A DNA stretch of 64,000 nucleotides from Alphaproteobacteria bacterium (GCA_009694185.1 SHVR01000003.1:15058-79057), one strand, 5' to 3'. Shown: positions 53,495 through 62,593, numbered from the stretch's first letter. Numbers and translations: made by a program. Notes: generated by a model from the sequence alone, not told the origin.

Positions 53495-54679
53495 TCAGGC
53501 CGGGCCGAGGCCGATGGCCTTGGCGGCGGCGAGTGCCTCGATATCCGGGTCACGATAGCCGAGGCCGCGGAGTACGTCGCGGGTGTGCTCGCCGAGATGC
53601 GGGCTATGGCGCATGGGGCCATCGGGAGTGATCGGCGTGGTGCCCGGGATGTTCGGCATGGGAATGGCGCCGACACCCGAATGCTCCAGCCAGGCAATGG
53701 CGCCCACCGCCTTGACATGGGCGTCCGCCATCAGGTCGCCATATGTCGCCACGGGCGCGTGCAAGATGTCGCCGTCCGCGCAGGCCCGGGTGAGTTCCGC
53801 CACCGTATGGCTCTCGATCAAGGGCTTGAGGATCGCCATCAGCGCTGTCGCGTTGGTAAAGCGCGCCGCGACCGTGGCAAAGCGCGGGTCGCTCGCGAGA
53901 TCGGCCCGGCCGAGCCAGGCCGAGAGCGCTTGGTAATGGCCCTGACGGCGCGCGTTGATGTTGATGTAGCCGTCCCTCGCCTTGAAGGTGCCGACCGGCA
54001 CGCCAAGCACTTGGGGGGCCTCGCCCTCAAGCTGGTACTCGACGATCTTCGCCGCCTGGAACGCGGCCGCCGCCTGCATCAGGCTGATGTCGAGGTAGCA
54101 GCCCGTGCCCTTGAGGGCCTTGCGATAAAGTGCCGGCGCCAGCGCCTGGAAGGCATACAGCCCGGTCATGACGTCGATGGCGATGATGGCGATGCGCTGG
54201 GGCGTGCCTTCATGGTCGCGGTTGATCGACATCCAGCCCGAGAAGGCCTGGATCACCGAGTCCGTCACCGGCCGGTCGCGGTAAGGCCCGGTTTGGCCAT
54301 AGCCCGTGACCGAAAGATAGACGGTGCCGGGATTGTCGCGCCTGACCGCCTCGTAGCCGAGGCCGAGCCGATCCATGACGCCCGGCCGGTAGCTCTCCAG
54401 CACGGCATCGGCCTCGCGGGCCAGGCGCTGGGCGATGGCGAGCGCTTCGGGATGCTTGAGGTCGAGGGCGATGCTGCGCTTGCCGCGATTGAAAGCGAGC
54501 GAGTGGGCGCAATGGTCGCCGAAGGTTTTGCCGAGCGCCCGGCCCCAGTCGCCGCCGAGCGGCTCCACCTTGACCACGTCGGCGCCATGCTGGGCGAGGA
54601 GGAGCGCGCAATGGGGTCCGGCGACGCCTTGGGTCGCGTCGAACACCTTGAGGCCGGCATAGGGGAGGTCGTCCGCCAT
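53495..54679 (-). CDS. Family III CoA-transferase (CaiB/BaiF-like)
   Basis: Start MADDLPYAGLKVFDATQGVAGPHCALLLAQHGADVVKVEPLGGDWGR (ATG 54679). Confidence 0.9.
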   Translation of the reverse strand: MADDLPYAGLKVFDATQGVAGPHCALLLAQHGADVVKVEPLGGDWGRALGKTFGDHCAHSLAFNRGKRSIALDLKHPEALAIAQRLAREADAVLESYRPGVMDRLGLGYEAVRRDNPGTVYLSVTGYGQTGPYRDRPVTDSVIQAFSGWMSINRDHEGTPQRIAIIAIDVMTGLYAFQALAPALYRKALKGTGCYLDISLMQAAAAFQAAKIVEYQLEGEAPQVLGVPVGTFKARDGYININARRQGHYQALSAWLGRADLASDPRFATVAARFTNATALMAILKPLIESHTVAELTRACADGDILHAPVATYGDLMADAHVKAVGAIAWLEHSGVGAIPMPNIPGTTPITPDGPMRHSPHLGEHTRDVLRGLGYRDPDIEALAAAKAIGLGPA

Positions 54680-54768
54680 TCGCGTGTCTTTCTCCGATCG
54701 CTCGCCCGTGACCCTGCCATGGCCGATCCGTCCCGCGCAACGGGCTCCGGGTCGCGCTATCATGGCCC

Positions 54769-55107
54769 ATGAGCGACACCCGTATCGCGACCGATCTCTG
54801 GGTCATGGCCCATGTCCGCCGCTCGAACAGCGAGGGCATTCCCGCGACCGTCGCCCGGCGCGGCGACCGCAGCGGCGGCACCGTGCTGCTCAAACTCAAT
54901 CAGCTCGAAGCCGGCTGCCGGGTCCTCGTTCAGGCGCGGGGGCCGGATGGGAAATTGGGCTGGCTCGCAGCGCTTGGCGGCGGGCTGGTGGCGGAGGGGG
55001 AGGCGGACGAATACATCGCCCGGGCCGTCGGCCGCGACCCCGATCTCTGGGTGATCGAGGTGGAGGACCGCCACGGCCGCAACCCCTTCGCGGGCCTTGA
55101 TCTCTGA
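54769..55107 (+). CDS. DUF1491 family protein
   Basis: 112-aa ORF starting MSDTRIATDLWVMAHVRRSNSEGIPATVARRGDRSGGTVLLKLN, a conserved alphaproteobacterial family. Confidence 0.8.
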   Translation: MSDTRIATDLWVMAHVRRSNSEGIPATVARRGDRSGGTVLLKLNQLEAGCRVLVQARGPDGKLGWLAALGGGLVAEGEADEYIARAVGRDPDLWVIEVEDRHGRNPFAGLDL

Positions 55108-55184
55108 GCCTGGCGGCGGCGCGTTGCCGGGCGCCAACCGGCTTGCCATACTCTCGCACGATGCCCGGGGGAGACAGGTAGACC

Positions 55185-56732
55185 ATGAACATCGCCCAGT
55201 TGATGCGCCGCGCCGCCCAAACCCGCCCGGATGGCGTGGCCTTGGCGACGGGCGATGTCGCCCACGCGACCTATGGCGAGTTGGCGGGGCGCGTCCAGGC
55301 GCTGGCCGGCTGGCTCCGAGGCCCCGGCGGCCTTATGCCGGGTGACCGGGTGGCGCTCGCCATGACCAACTCGGCCGAATTCATCGAGGCGCAATATGCC
55401 ATCTGGCATGCCGGTCTGACGGCGGTGCCGATCAATTCCAAGCTGCACGCCAGTGAGTTCGCCTGGATCATCGACAATGCCGGCGCCAAGCTGGTCTTCA
55501 CCACCGAAGATTTGGCCGAGACGCTGGCCGAATCCCAGCGTGCGAGCGCCGGACGCCCGCGGGTGATCGTGGCCGCTTCGGGCGAGTATCAGACCATGCT
55601 GCGCCATGCCGCCATCGGCCTCGTCGATCGCGCGCCCGAGGACAACGCCTGGCTGTTCTACACCAGCGGCACCACGGGCCGCCCCAAGGGCGCGATGCTG
55701 AGCCATCGCGTGCTCATGACCATGGCGCTGACCTATATGGCCGACGTGGACCCCATCGGCCCCGACGACTGCGTCCTGCATGTCGCACCCATGTCCCATG
55801 GCTCGGGCTGCTACAACATCCCGCATGTGATGGCGGCCGCCAAGCAGGTGATCCCGGCCAGCGGCCGCTTCGATGCCGGCGAGACCTATGAACTGATCCG
55901 GGCGCACAAGGGCATCGCCTTCTTCGCCGCCCCCACCATCGTCAAGCGCCTGGTGGATCATCCGGGGGCGGCCCGCGCCGATACCGGCAACCTCAAGACC
56001 ATCGTCTATGGCGGAGGGCCCATGTATGTGGCGGACTCCAAGCAGGCCTTGTCGCTGTTCGGCAACAAGCTGGTGCAGATCTTCGCCCAGGGCGAGGCTC
56101 CCATGACCATCACCGTCTTGAGCCGCGCCATGCATGGCGACCACGGCCATCCGCGCTACGAGGAGCGGCTGGCGTCGGTCGGCGTGGCCCAGGGCTCCAT
56201 GCAGGTTCGCATCGGGGGCGAGGATGACGAGACCCTGCCGCCCGGCGAGATCGGCGAAGTGCTGGCCCGGGGCGACGCGGTGATGACCGGCTATTGGGAC
56301 AATCCAACCGCATCGGCCGAGACCTTGCGCGGCGGCTGGCTGCACACGGGCGACATGGGTGCCATGGACGCGGACGGCTTCCTCACCCTCAAGGACCGCT
56401 CGAAGGATATGATCATCAGCGGCGGCACCAACATCTATCCGCGCGAGATCGAAGAAGCGCTGCTGCACCATCCGGGCGTGAGCGAGGTCTCGGTCGTGGG
56501 CGAGCGGGACCCGGAGTGGGGCGAAAACGTCGTGGCGTTCGTGGTCCCGGCGGCGGGCGAGAGTGTGACCGCCGACCAACTGGACCGCTATTGCATCCAG
56601 CATATCGCCCGCTTCAAGCGGCCGAAGTCCTATCGGTTCGTCAGTGACCTGCCGAAGAATAATTACGGCAAGGTCTTGAAGACGGAACTCAGGTCCCGGC
56701 TTGCCGCGGACGCGGGTAAGACAGGCGGATAA
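55185..56732 (+). CDS. AMP-binding acyl-CoA synthetase / fatty-acid--CoA ligase family
   Basis: 515-aa ORF with the AMP-binding motif LFYTSGTTGRPKGAM and GWLHTGDMG...DRSKDMIISGGTNIYPREIE. Confidence 0.9.
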   Translation: MNIAQLMRRAAQTRPDGVALATGDVAHATYGELAGRVQALAGWLRGPGGLMPGDRVALAMTNSAEFIEAQYAIWHAGLTAVPINSKLHASEFAWIIDNAGAKLVFTTEDLAETLAESQRASAGRPRVIVAASGEYQTMLRHAAIGLVDRAPEDNAWLFYTSGTTGRPKGAMLSHRVLMTMALTYMADVDPIGPDDCVLHVAPMSHGSGCYNIPHVMAAAKQVIPASGRFDAGETYELIRAHKGIAFFAAPTIVKRLVDHPGAARADTGNLKTIVYGGGPMYVADSKQALSLFGNKLVQIFAQGEAPMTITVLSRAMHGDHGHPRYEERLASVGVAQGSMQVRIGGEDDETLPPGEIGEVLARGDAVMTGYWDNPTASAETLRGGWLHTGDMGAMDADGFLTLKDRSKDMIISGGTNIYPREIEEALLHHPGVSEVSVVGERDPEWGENVVAFVVPAAGESVTADQLDRYCIQHIARFKRPKSYRFVSDLPKNNYGKVLKTELRSRLAADAGKTGG

Positions 56733-56797
56733 GGCCAGCGGATTAGGCCAGCGGATTAGGCCAGCGGATTAGGCCAGCGGATTAGGCCAGCGGATTA
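56733..56797. repeat. Perfect tandem repeat, 13-bp unit ggccagcggatta x5
   Basis: I read five exact head-to-tail copies (56733-45, 46-58, 59-71, 72-84, 85-97). A degenerate copy (56721-56732) precedes them and covers the acyl-CoA synthetase stop. The array runs into the RBS-like gggaggag (56798-56805). Confidence 0.95.
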
Positions 56798-56812
56798 GGG
56801 AGGAGCCAAGAC

Positions 56813-57241
56813 GTGACTCGGAGGGGAAGGATGGCCGGGGCGATCGCCATCGGGTTTTGGGCCATCGGGTTTTGGGCCATCGGGTTTTGGATGGGGGGCG
56901 CGGTGGCGGGCGAGCGGATCGACTGTCCGGCTTCCATCCATCTCGACGGCTTCGGGGGCGAGTGCCGGCTCGGCGGCCCGGAGGCGATCCAGGGCTGGCA
57001 ATTGCGCGAGGCGCCGAGCGACCCGCTGCTCGGCCGCCGGCAATGTCCGTCCGATAGCCCCAGCCTCGTCGACGGCCTGGTGCAGGCGAGCGACGGGTTC
57101 CGGGGCGGTGAGCTGGCCTGCGAATATGAGGGCGCGCGCGGCTTCTTCATGGTGGCGCGGCCGACGCCCATCGGCCAGACCTGCCGCGCGGAGGCCGACC
57201 TGCTCGCCCGCCCGAAACGCGTCGCCTTCCAGTGCGATTGA
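56813..57241 (+). CDS. Hypothetical small exported/membrane-anchored Cys-rich protein containing an (AIGFW)x3 repeat
   Basis: GTG at 56813, 7 nt after gggaggag (alternative ATG at 56831). MTRRGRMAGAIAIGFWAIGFWAIGFWMGGAVAGERIDCPAS...; six Cys in the mature part. No family recognised. Confidence 0.55.
   Translation: MTRRGRMAGAIAIGFWAIGFWAIGFWMGGAVAGERIDCPASIHLDGFGGECRLGGPEAIQGWQLREAPSDPLLGRRQCPSDSPSLVDGLVQASDGFRGGELACEYEGARGFFMVARPTPIGQTCRAEADLLARPKRVAFQCD
56846..56890 (+). repeat. Perfect in-frame tandem repeat, 15-bp unit gccatcgggttttgg x3
   Basis: Three exact copies (56846-60, 61-75, 76-90) encoding AIGFW-AIGFW-AIGFW in the hydrophobic N-terminal segment. Confidence 0.95.
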
Positions 57242-57434
57242 GCGGCACCGATCGGTCAACCAATGGGCTGGGGCGTGCACTGACTTCGGGTTAACCACCC
57301 ACCAGCATGATCAACACCCCGCCAGGAGGGCGAGTCGGCGAAGTCATCCCCGATCTGATCGCCGCGAGCCAGGCGCTCGGCGTCGCCGCGAAGCTATAGA
57401 CAGGCGGCCCTCGTTGGCGAGGTTGGGCGCCGCG

Positions 57435-58055
57435 TCAAGTCAGCGGCATGGCGACATGGGTGCGGAAGGCGGGGCGTGCCTGGAGGCGGGCGTACCACGC
57501 AGCGAGGTTGGCGAGCTCCGGCCGCTTGATCGGCAGGGCGTAATAGCGCCAGCAGAAGCAGCCGACCGGGATGTCGCCCATGGTGAACTGTTGGCCGCCG
57601 ACATAGGGCTGGCGCGCCAGATGGGCGTCGAGGATGCGCCAAGTCGCGGCCGAGCGCTCGGCGGCGGCCTCGATCGCCGCCATGTTGCGCTGCTCGGCGG
57701 GGGTGCGGATCAGGCCCCAGAAGACCGGCGTCAGGTCCGGCTGGACATGGGCGGTCGCCCAATCCATCCAGCGGTCGGCAAGGCTCCGCTCCCCCGGATC
57801 GGCCGGCCACAGCTGGCCCGCGCTGTATTTGGCCGCGAGATAGCGCACCGTCGCATTGGATTCCCAGAGCACCAGGCCGTCGTCCTCGACCGTCGGCACC
57901 CGCGAGTTCGGGTTCTTGGCCTTGTATTCGGGCGTTTCCACGACGCCGAAAGCCAAGCCCGCGTCCATGCGTTCATGGGCGATGCCAATTTCGCCCACGG
58001 CCCACATGACCTTCTGTACGTTGACCGAATTGGTCCGGCCCCAGATGCGCAGCAT
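57435..58055 (-). CDS. Glutathione S-transferase
   Basis: 206-aa ORF starting MLRIWGRTNSVNVQKVMWAVGEIGIAHERMD...VPTVEDDGLVLWESNATVRYLA, a GstB/YliJ-like GST. Confidence 0.9.
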   Translation of the reverse strand: MLRIWGRTNSVNVQKVMWAVGEIGIAHERMDAGLAFGVVETPEYKAKNPNSRVPTVEDDGLVLWESNATVRYLAAKYSAGQLWPADPGERSLADRWMDWATAHVQPDLTPVFWGLIRTPAEQRNMAAIEAAAERSAATWRILDAHLARQPYVGGQQFTMGDIPVGCFCWRYYALPIKRPELANLAAWYARLQARPAFRTHVAMPLT

Positions 58056-58162
58056 GGCTGTTCCCCTTCGTTCGAAAACTGTTTCGGCGCGCAGTCTACC
58101 GCGAAGTCATGATTTGATCTTGCGCAACGAACGGGTGACGGGTCCGCCATAGGGTTGCCGCC

Positions 58163-59446
58163 ATGAATGACGACACGCCGATTACGGAACGGATGGGTCT
58201 GGCTATCCCGGCGCCCACCCGGATGGCCCCGCCGCACCTGATCGAGGATGCGAGCCGGACCATGCTCGCCAAGCGGCCGGTGGGCAGCGAGGCGTTCGAG
58301 GTCGGCCGCGATGTGGCGCTCACGCCTGGCAAGGTGATCTACCGCAACCGCCTGATGGAGCTGATCCAGTACACGCCCGCGACGCCCGAGACGCGGCCTC
58401 AGCCGATCCTGATCGTGCCGGCCTGGATCATGAAATATTACATTCTCGATCTCTCGCCCGGCAATTCGCTGGTCAAATATCTGGTCGAGCGCGGTTACAC
58501 GGTGTTCATGATTTCCTGGAAGAACCCGACGGCGAGCGACCGGGACACCGGCCTCGACGACTATCTGAAACTGGGTGTCCTCACGGCGCTCGATGCCATC
58601 GCCCGGGTGATGCCGGATCGCCGCGTCCATCTCCTTGGCTATTGTCTGGGTGGCACGCTTGCCGCCATCGCGGCGGCGACCCTGGCCCACCAGGGCGACG
58701 GCCCGCTGCAAAGCCTGACCCTCCTCGCCGGCCAGGCGGATTTTACCGAGGCCGGCGAGCTGATGCTGTTCATCGACGATCACCAGGTTTCCTATCTCGA
58801 GAATATGATGTGGGACACGGGCTATCTGGATACGGCCGAAATGGCGGGCGCCTTCCAGATTCTGCGTTCGAACGACCTGATCTGGTCGCGCATGGCGCAG
58901 GAATATCTCCAGGGCGAGCGCCGGCCCATGAACGACCTCATGGCCTGGAACGCCGCCGCGACACGTCTGCCGTTCCGCATGCACTCGGAATATCTGCGCG
59001 GCCTCTTCCTCGACAATGACCTGGCCGCCGGACGCTATCTCGTCGATGGCCGTCCCATCGCCTTGACCGACATTGCCCAGCCGATCTTTGCGGTGGGGAC
59101 GACTGAAGATCATGTGGCGCCTTGGCGCTCGGTCTACAAGATCCACCTGCTCACCGACGTGGACGTGACCTTCGTGCTGACCAGCGGCGGACACAATGCC
59201 GGCATTATCATCGAACCCGGCCACCCACGCCGCCAATACCGCATGGCGACCAAGCGGGCCGACGAGAAGTATCAAGACCCCGATGGCTGGACGGCGATGC
59301 ACGCGCCGGTGCCGGGGTCCTGGTGGCAGGCCCTTGCCGGCTGGCTCGACCAACACTCGGGCGCGTTCCAAGCGCCGCCCGCCGCGGGTGCCCCCGCAGA
59401 AGGCTATGCGCCGCTCATGGACGCCCCCGGGCGTCTATGTGCGTGA
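58163..59446 (+). CDS. PHA synthase (PhaC)-like alpha/beta hydrolase lacking the class I N-terminal domain
   Basis: 427-aa ORF reading FEVGRDVALTPGKVIYRNRLMELIQYTPAT...PILIVPAWIMKYYILDLSPGNSLVKYLVERGYTVFMISWKNP, with a lipase-box-like GYCLGG. It aligns with the catalytic region of class I PhaC. Confidence 0.8.
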   Translation: MNDDTPITERMGLAIPAPTRMAPPHLIEDASRTMLAKRPVGSEAFEVGRDVALTPGKVIYRNRLMELIQYTPATPETRPQPILIVPAWIMKYYILDLSPGNSLVKYLVERGYTVFMISWKNPTASDRDTGLDDYLKLGVLTALDAIARVMPDRRVHLLGYCLGGTLAAIAAATLAHQGDGPLQSLTLLAGQADFTEAGELMLFIDDHQVSYLENMMWDTGYLDTAEMAGAFQILRSNDLIWSRMAQEYLQGERRPMNDLMAWNAAATRLPFRMHSEYLRGLFLDNDLAAGRYLVDGRPIALTDIAQPIFAVGTTEDHVAPWRSVYKIHLLTDVDVTFVLTSGGHNAGIIIEPGHPRRQYRMATKRADEKYQDPDGWTAMHAPVPGSWWQALAGWLDQHSGAFQAPPAAGAPAEGYAPLMDAPGRLCA

Positions 59447-59516
59447 GCCGTGACGTTGGGCGGTAGGCGCCACGCTCAGCTTGTTGCTCGACGCCCTTCG
59501 CGTTATGGATGTTCCC

Positions 59517-60131
59517 ATGTTGGATCATCTCATCGCAAACAACCGCGCCTGGGCCGAGCGGAAGGTCGCCGACGACGGCGACTTTTTCAAGCGGCTCGAA
59601 CGCCAGCAGGCGCCCGAATATCTCTGGATCGGCTGCTCCGATAGCCGGGTGCCCGCCAACGAGATCGTGGGCCTGGACCCGGGCGAACTGTTCGTGCATC
59701 GCAACGTCGCCAATCTGGCACCGCCCCAGGACGCCAACTATCTCTCGGTGTTGCAGTTCGCCGTCGACGTGCTGCGGGTCAAGCATGTCATCGTGGTCGG
59801 GCATTATGGCTGCGCCGGCGTGAACGCGGCGGTGGGCGGCAAGCGGCTCGGTCTCGTCGACCACTGGCTGCACCCCGTGCGCGAGGTCTTTCACCAGCAC
59901 CGCCACACGCTCGAAGCCATCCAGGATCGGCGCCAGCGCCTCGACCGTTTGTGCGAGCTCAATGTCATTCGCCAAGTGCGCAACATCGCCTTCGACATCT
60001 TCGTGCAGGATGCCTGGGCGCGCGGCCAGGCGCTCAGCGTTCATGGTTGGGTCTATTCGCTTGCCAATGGCTTGGTGAAGGACCTGGATACGACCGTCCG
60101 CCGGCTGGAAGAGATCGAGCGGCTGGGCTGA
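59517..60131 (+). CDS. Beta-class carbonic anhydrase
   Basis: Start MLDHLIANNRAWAERKVADDGDFFKRLERQQAPEYLWIGCSDSRVPANE...VVGHYGCAGV (ATG 59517). Confidence 0.9.
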   Translation: MLDHLIANNRAWAERKVADDGDFFKRLERQQAPEYLWIGCSDSRVPANEIVGLDPGELFVHRNVANLAPPQDANYLSVLQFAVDVLRVKHVIVVGHYGCAGVNAAVGGKRLGLVDHWLHPVREVFHQHRHTLEAIQDRRQRLDRLCELNVIRQVRNIAFDIFVQDAWARGQALSVHGWVYSLANGLVKDLDTTVRRLEEIERLG

Positions 60132-60144
60132 AAGGGGGCGTTCA

Positions 60145-61230
60145 ATGCGGTTCGGCCTGTTCAACCTGTCGCCGGCGCGCCGGACCGACGCCTCGGTGCC
60201 GGTGGTCATCCGGGGCGTGCTCGACCAGGTGCGGCTCGCCGAGGCGCTCGGCTTCGACATCGCCTGGTTCGCCGAACATCATTTCGCCAATCTCAGCATT
60301 TCCCCTTCGCCCCTCATGGCGGCCGCCTGGTGCGGCGCCAAGACCGAGCGCATCCGTGTCGGACCGGGCGTCGTGGTGCTGCCGCTCTACCAGCCCATGC
60401 GCCTCGTCGAGGAGATCGCCTATGCCGATATTTTGACCGAGGGGCGGCTGGTGCTGGGTGTCGGCAGCGGCAGCCATCACCACGAGTTCCGGGGCTTCGC
60501 CATGGACGTCAAGACCGCCCATGGGCGTTTCGAAGAGGCCATGGACATTCTCGAAATGGCCTTCGATCGGGGCGAAGTGGCCTATGCGGGCAAGCATTTC
60601 CAGGTGCCGCCGACCACCCTCTCGCTCCGCCCGGTGCAGCGCCCGTCGCCGCCCATCTATGTGGCGGGCCTCGCCCGGGACGCGGCGGTCGCCCGGCGCA
60701 TCGGGGCGCGCGGCTATACCCCATTCGCCTCGGCGCAATGGCTGCCGACGGCCGCCGTCGCGGCCACACGCAAGCTCTATGAGGCGGGCTATGGGTTGGC
60801 CGGTCGCGATCCCGCCAGCATGCCCTACGCCATCCAGCGCCTGATCTTCTTAACGGACAGCAAGCACGAGGCCTGGGAAGTCGCCGAACAGGCCCGCTAC
60901 ACCTACCGGGTGGTGACGGCGCTCAAGGCCGGCACCGGCCAATTCGATGGCTGCCGCGTTGGCGAAGTGCCCCAGGCGGGTGAGCAAACGATTGAGGCGA
61001 TCCTGGCCCATGCCATGATCGGCGACGCCGAGCGGGTGGCGGCCATGCTGGCCCAGGACATCGAGCAGGTGCGGCCGAGCCATATCAGCCTCTTCATGCA
61101 GTTCGGCGATCTGAGTTCGGCGCGCGTGCTCCGCTCGCTCGAGACCTTCGGGCGCCAGGTGTTGCCGCTCCTCGAGCGGCGCTTTGGCCCCCTTGACCGG
61201 CTCCACCCCGCCGCCTTGGCGGCCGTGTGA
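60145..61230 (+). CDS. LLM-class flavin-dependent oxidoreductase (luciferase-like monooxygenase)
   Basis: 361-aa ORF starting MRFGLFNLSPARR...LGFDIAWFAEHHFANLSISPSPLMAAAW. Confidence 0.85.
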   Translation: MRFGLFNLSPARRTDASVPVVIRGVLDQVRLAEALGFDIAWFAEHHFANLSISPSPLMAAAWCGAKTERIRVGPGVVVLPLYQPMRLVEEIAYADILTEGRLVLGVGSGSHHHEFRGFAMDVKTAHGRFEEAMDILEMAFDRGEVAYAGKHFQVPPTTLSLRPVQRPSPPIYVAGLARDAAVARRIGARGYTPFASAQWLPTAAVAATRKLYEAGYGLAGRDPASMPYAIQRLIFLTDSKHEAWEVAEQARYTYRVVTALKAGTGQFDGCRVGEVPQAGEQTIEAILAHAMIGDAERVAAMLAQDIEQVRPSHISLFMQFGDLSSARVLRSLETFGRQVLPLLERRFGPLDRLHPAALAAV

Positions 61231-61234
61231 CCCA

Positions 61235-62134
61235 GTGGTAGCGGGGGTCGCCATCGGCCATGTCGCGGCACCCGTGCGCGGCATTATCTATATGGTCCTG
61301 GGCTCGGCGCTCTATACGGTCAATGACGCGGCGATGAAGTGGCTGACCGCTGGTTATCCGGTGGGCGAGCTGTTGGCGCTTCGCGGTGTCTTCGGGTTTC
61401 TGCCGCTCCTCTATCTCATCGCCCGCGCCGGCGGACCGGCGAGCCTCAGTATCCGGAGCTGGCGCTGGCAGAGCTTCCGGTCCGTCTTCGTGGTGGCGTC
61501 CACCTTCCTCTTCATCACCGGGCTCAACTACCTGCCGCTTGCCGACGCCATTGCCATCGGCTTCGCCTCGCCTTTGTTCATCACGGCCATGGCGCGGCCG
61601 TTCCTCGCCGAGCAGGTGGGCTGGCGGCGCTGGAGTGCCGTCGCGGTCGGGTTCGTCGGTGTCATAATCATCATCCGGCCGGGCGGCGAAGGGTTTCATG
61701 GGGCCGGCCTGGTCATCGTGGCCGCCGCCCTGGTGGGGGCCGTTCGCGATATCATCACGCGGCGCATCACGGCGACCGAGTCCTCGCTCGCCACCAGCTT
61801 TTTCACGATCTCGGCAACCGTGCTCGCCGGGCTCGCGACGTTGCCGTTCGGCTGGGTCATGCCGACATCCCAGGATTTCGCGCTCATGGTCCTGTGCGGC
61901 ATCCTGATCGGCGTCTCCCAATACCTGGTCATCGAATCCTTTCGCCTGACCGAGGTGGCGGTGATCGCGCCGTTCAAATATTCGAGCCTCCTATGGGCGG
62001 TGCTGTTCGGCTATCTGGTGTGGGGCGAGACACCCGACCGGTGGACCGCTCTCGGCTCGGCGATCGTGGTGGCGAGCGGCATCTACATCCTGCATCGCGA
62101 GACCGTGCGCCGCCGGGCGCTGGCCCGGGTGTGA
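61235..62134 (+). CDS. DMT superfamily (EamA-like) transporter; start uncertain (GTG 61235 or ATG 61292)
   Basis: Polytopic sequence ...GIIYMVLGSALYTVNDAAMKWL...LNYLPLADAIAIGFASPLFITAMA... with two EamA-like halves. Confidence 0.85.
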   Translation: MVAGVAIGHVAAPVRGIIYMVLGSALYTVNDAAMKWLTAGYPVGELLALRGVFGFLPLLYLIARAGGPASLSIRSWRWQSFRSVFVVASTFLFITGLNYLPLADAIAIGFASPLFITAMARPFLAEQVGWRRWSAVAVGFVGVIIIIRPGGEGFHGAGLVIVAAALVGAVRDIITRRITATESSLATSFFTISATVLAGLATLPFGWVMPTSQDFALMVLCGILIGVSQYLVIESFRLTEVAVIAPFKYSSLLWAVLFGYLVWGETPDRWTALGSAIVVASGIYILHRETVRRRALARV

Positions 62135-62374
62135 GGCGCTAGCGGCGGTCTGCATGAGTCGTGATAGATGCGAGTTGCGCGCTTCGAGGAACTGCCAAAG
62201 GCGTACCTCGAAATCATTTTCGATCGCTCTCCGAACGGACGGTCGTGCCGATAATGCGCGCCGCTGTACCGGTCAACCCGCGTCTGGGGCCGCGCACCCC
62301 GGTGTGGGAAGGCGGCGCGACACTAAAATTTTATTGTTGTGTTTCCGATAGTTTCGTGTTTACTGTATACACGG

Positions 62375-62510
62375 TCGCTGGCGGGCCCTGGAGAAGTGCC
62401 CCTCCGCTCTTCCCCGGGGCCATTCGCCCCCCAACGCCGGCCGGCCGCCGGAAGATCGACCTCCTGTTCCGGGACGGGGTCCGCGCCACGCGGACCCCGT
62501 TGCCGATTTC
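62375..62510 (+). ncRNA. Candidate small RNA (hypothesis only): AT-rich promoter-like patch, CCUCC motifs, perfect 12-bp terminal hairpin
   Basis: It lies in a 460-bp gene-free gap between convergent genes. The AT-rich patch is at 62321-62370. CCTCC occurs at 62400-62404 and 62460-62464. The hairpin acggggtccgcg-cca-cgcggaccccgt is at 62474-62500, followed by tgccgatttcc. No known RNA family recognised. Confidence 0.25.
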
Positions 62511-62593
62511 CGGAAAAGTAGTTTTTACCGAACGAAGCCAATGTTCTGAGCGATTCCAACGGTGCCGGCGGATCCAGTCCGGTTGAAACGGCC

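Noticed and set aside
54930-56603. 557-aa minus-strand ORF
   Set aside because: It is antisense to the AMP-binding acyl-CoA synthetase, which has the TSGTTGRPKG motif. Shadow ORF.
56733-56797. Possible CRISPR array
   Set aside because: The repeats are contiguous 13-bp units with no spacers, and no cas genes occur anywhere in the window. It is a simple tandem repeat.
61184-61234. ATG 61184 as the start of the EamA transporter
   Set aside because: It would overlap the last 47 nt of the LLM oxidoreductase gene with a non-hydrophobic, Pro-rich leader. GTG 61235 or ATG 61292 fit the first TM helix better.
62361-62375. LexA/SOS-box-like tactgtatacacggt
   Set aside because: Only the CTGT half-site is present, with no matching ACAG half. 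It also does not fit the alphaproteobacterial GTTC-N7-GTTC type.
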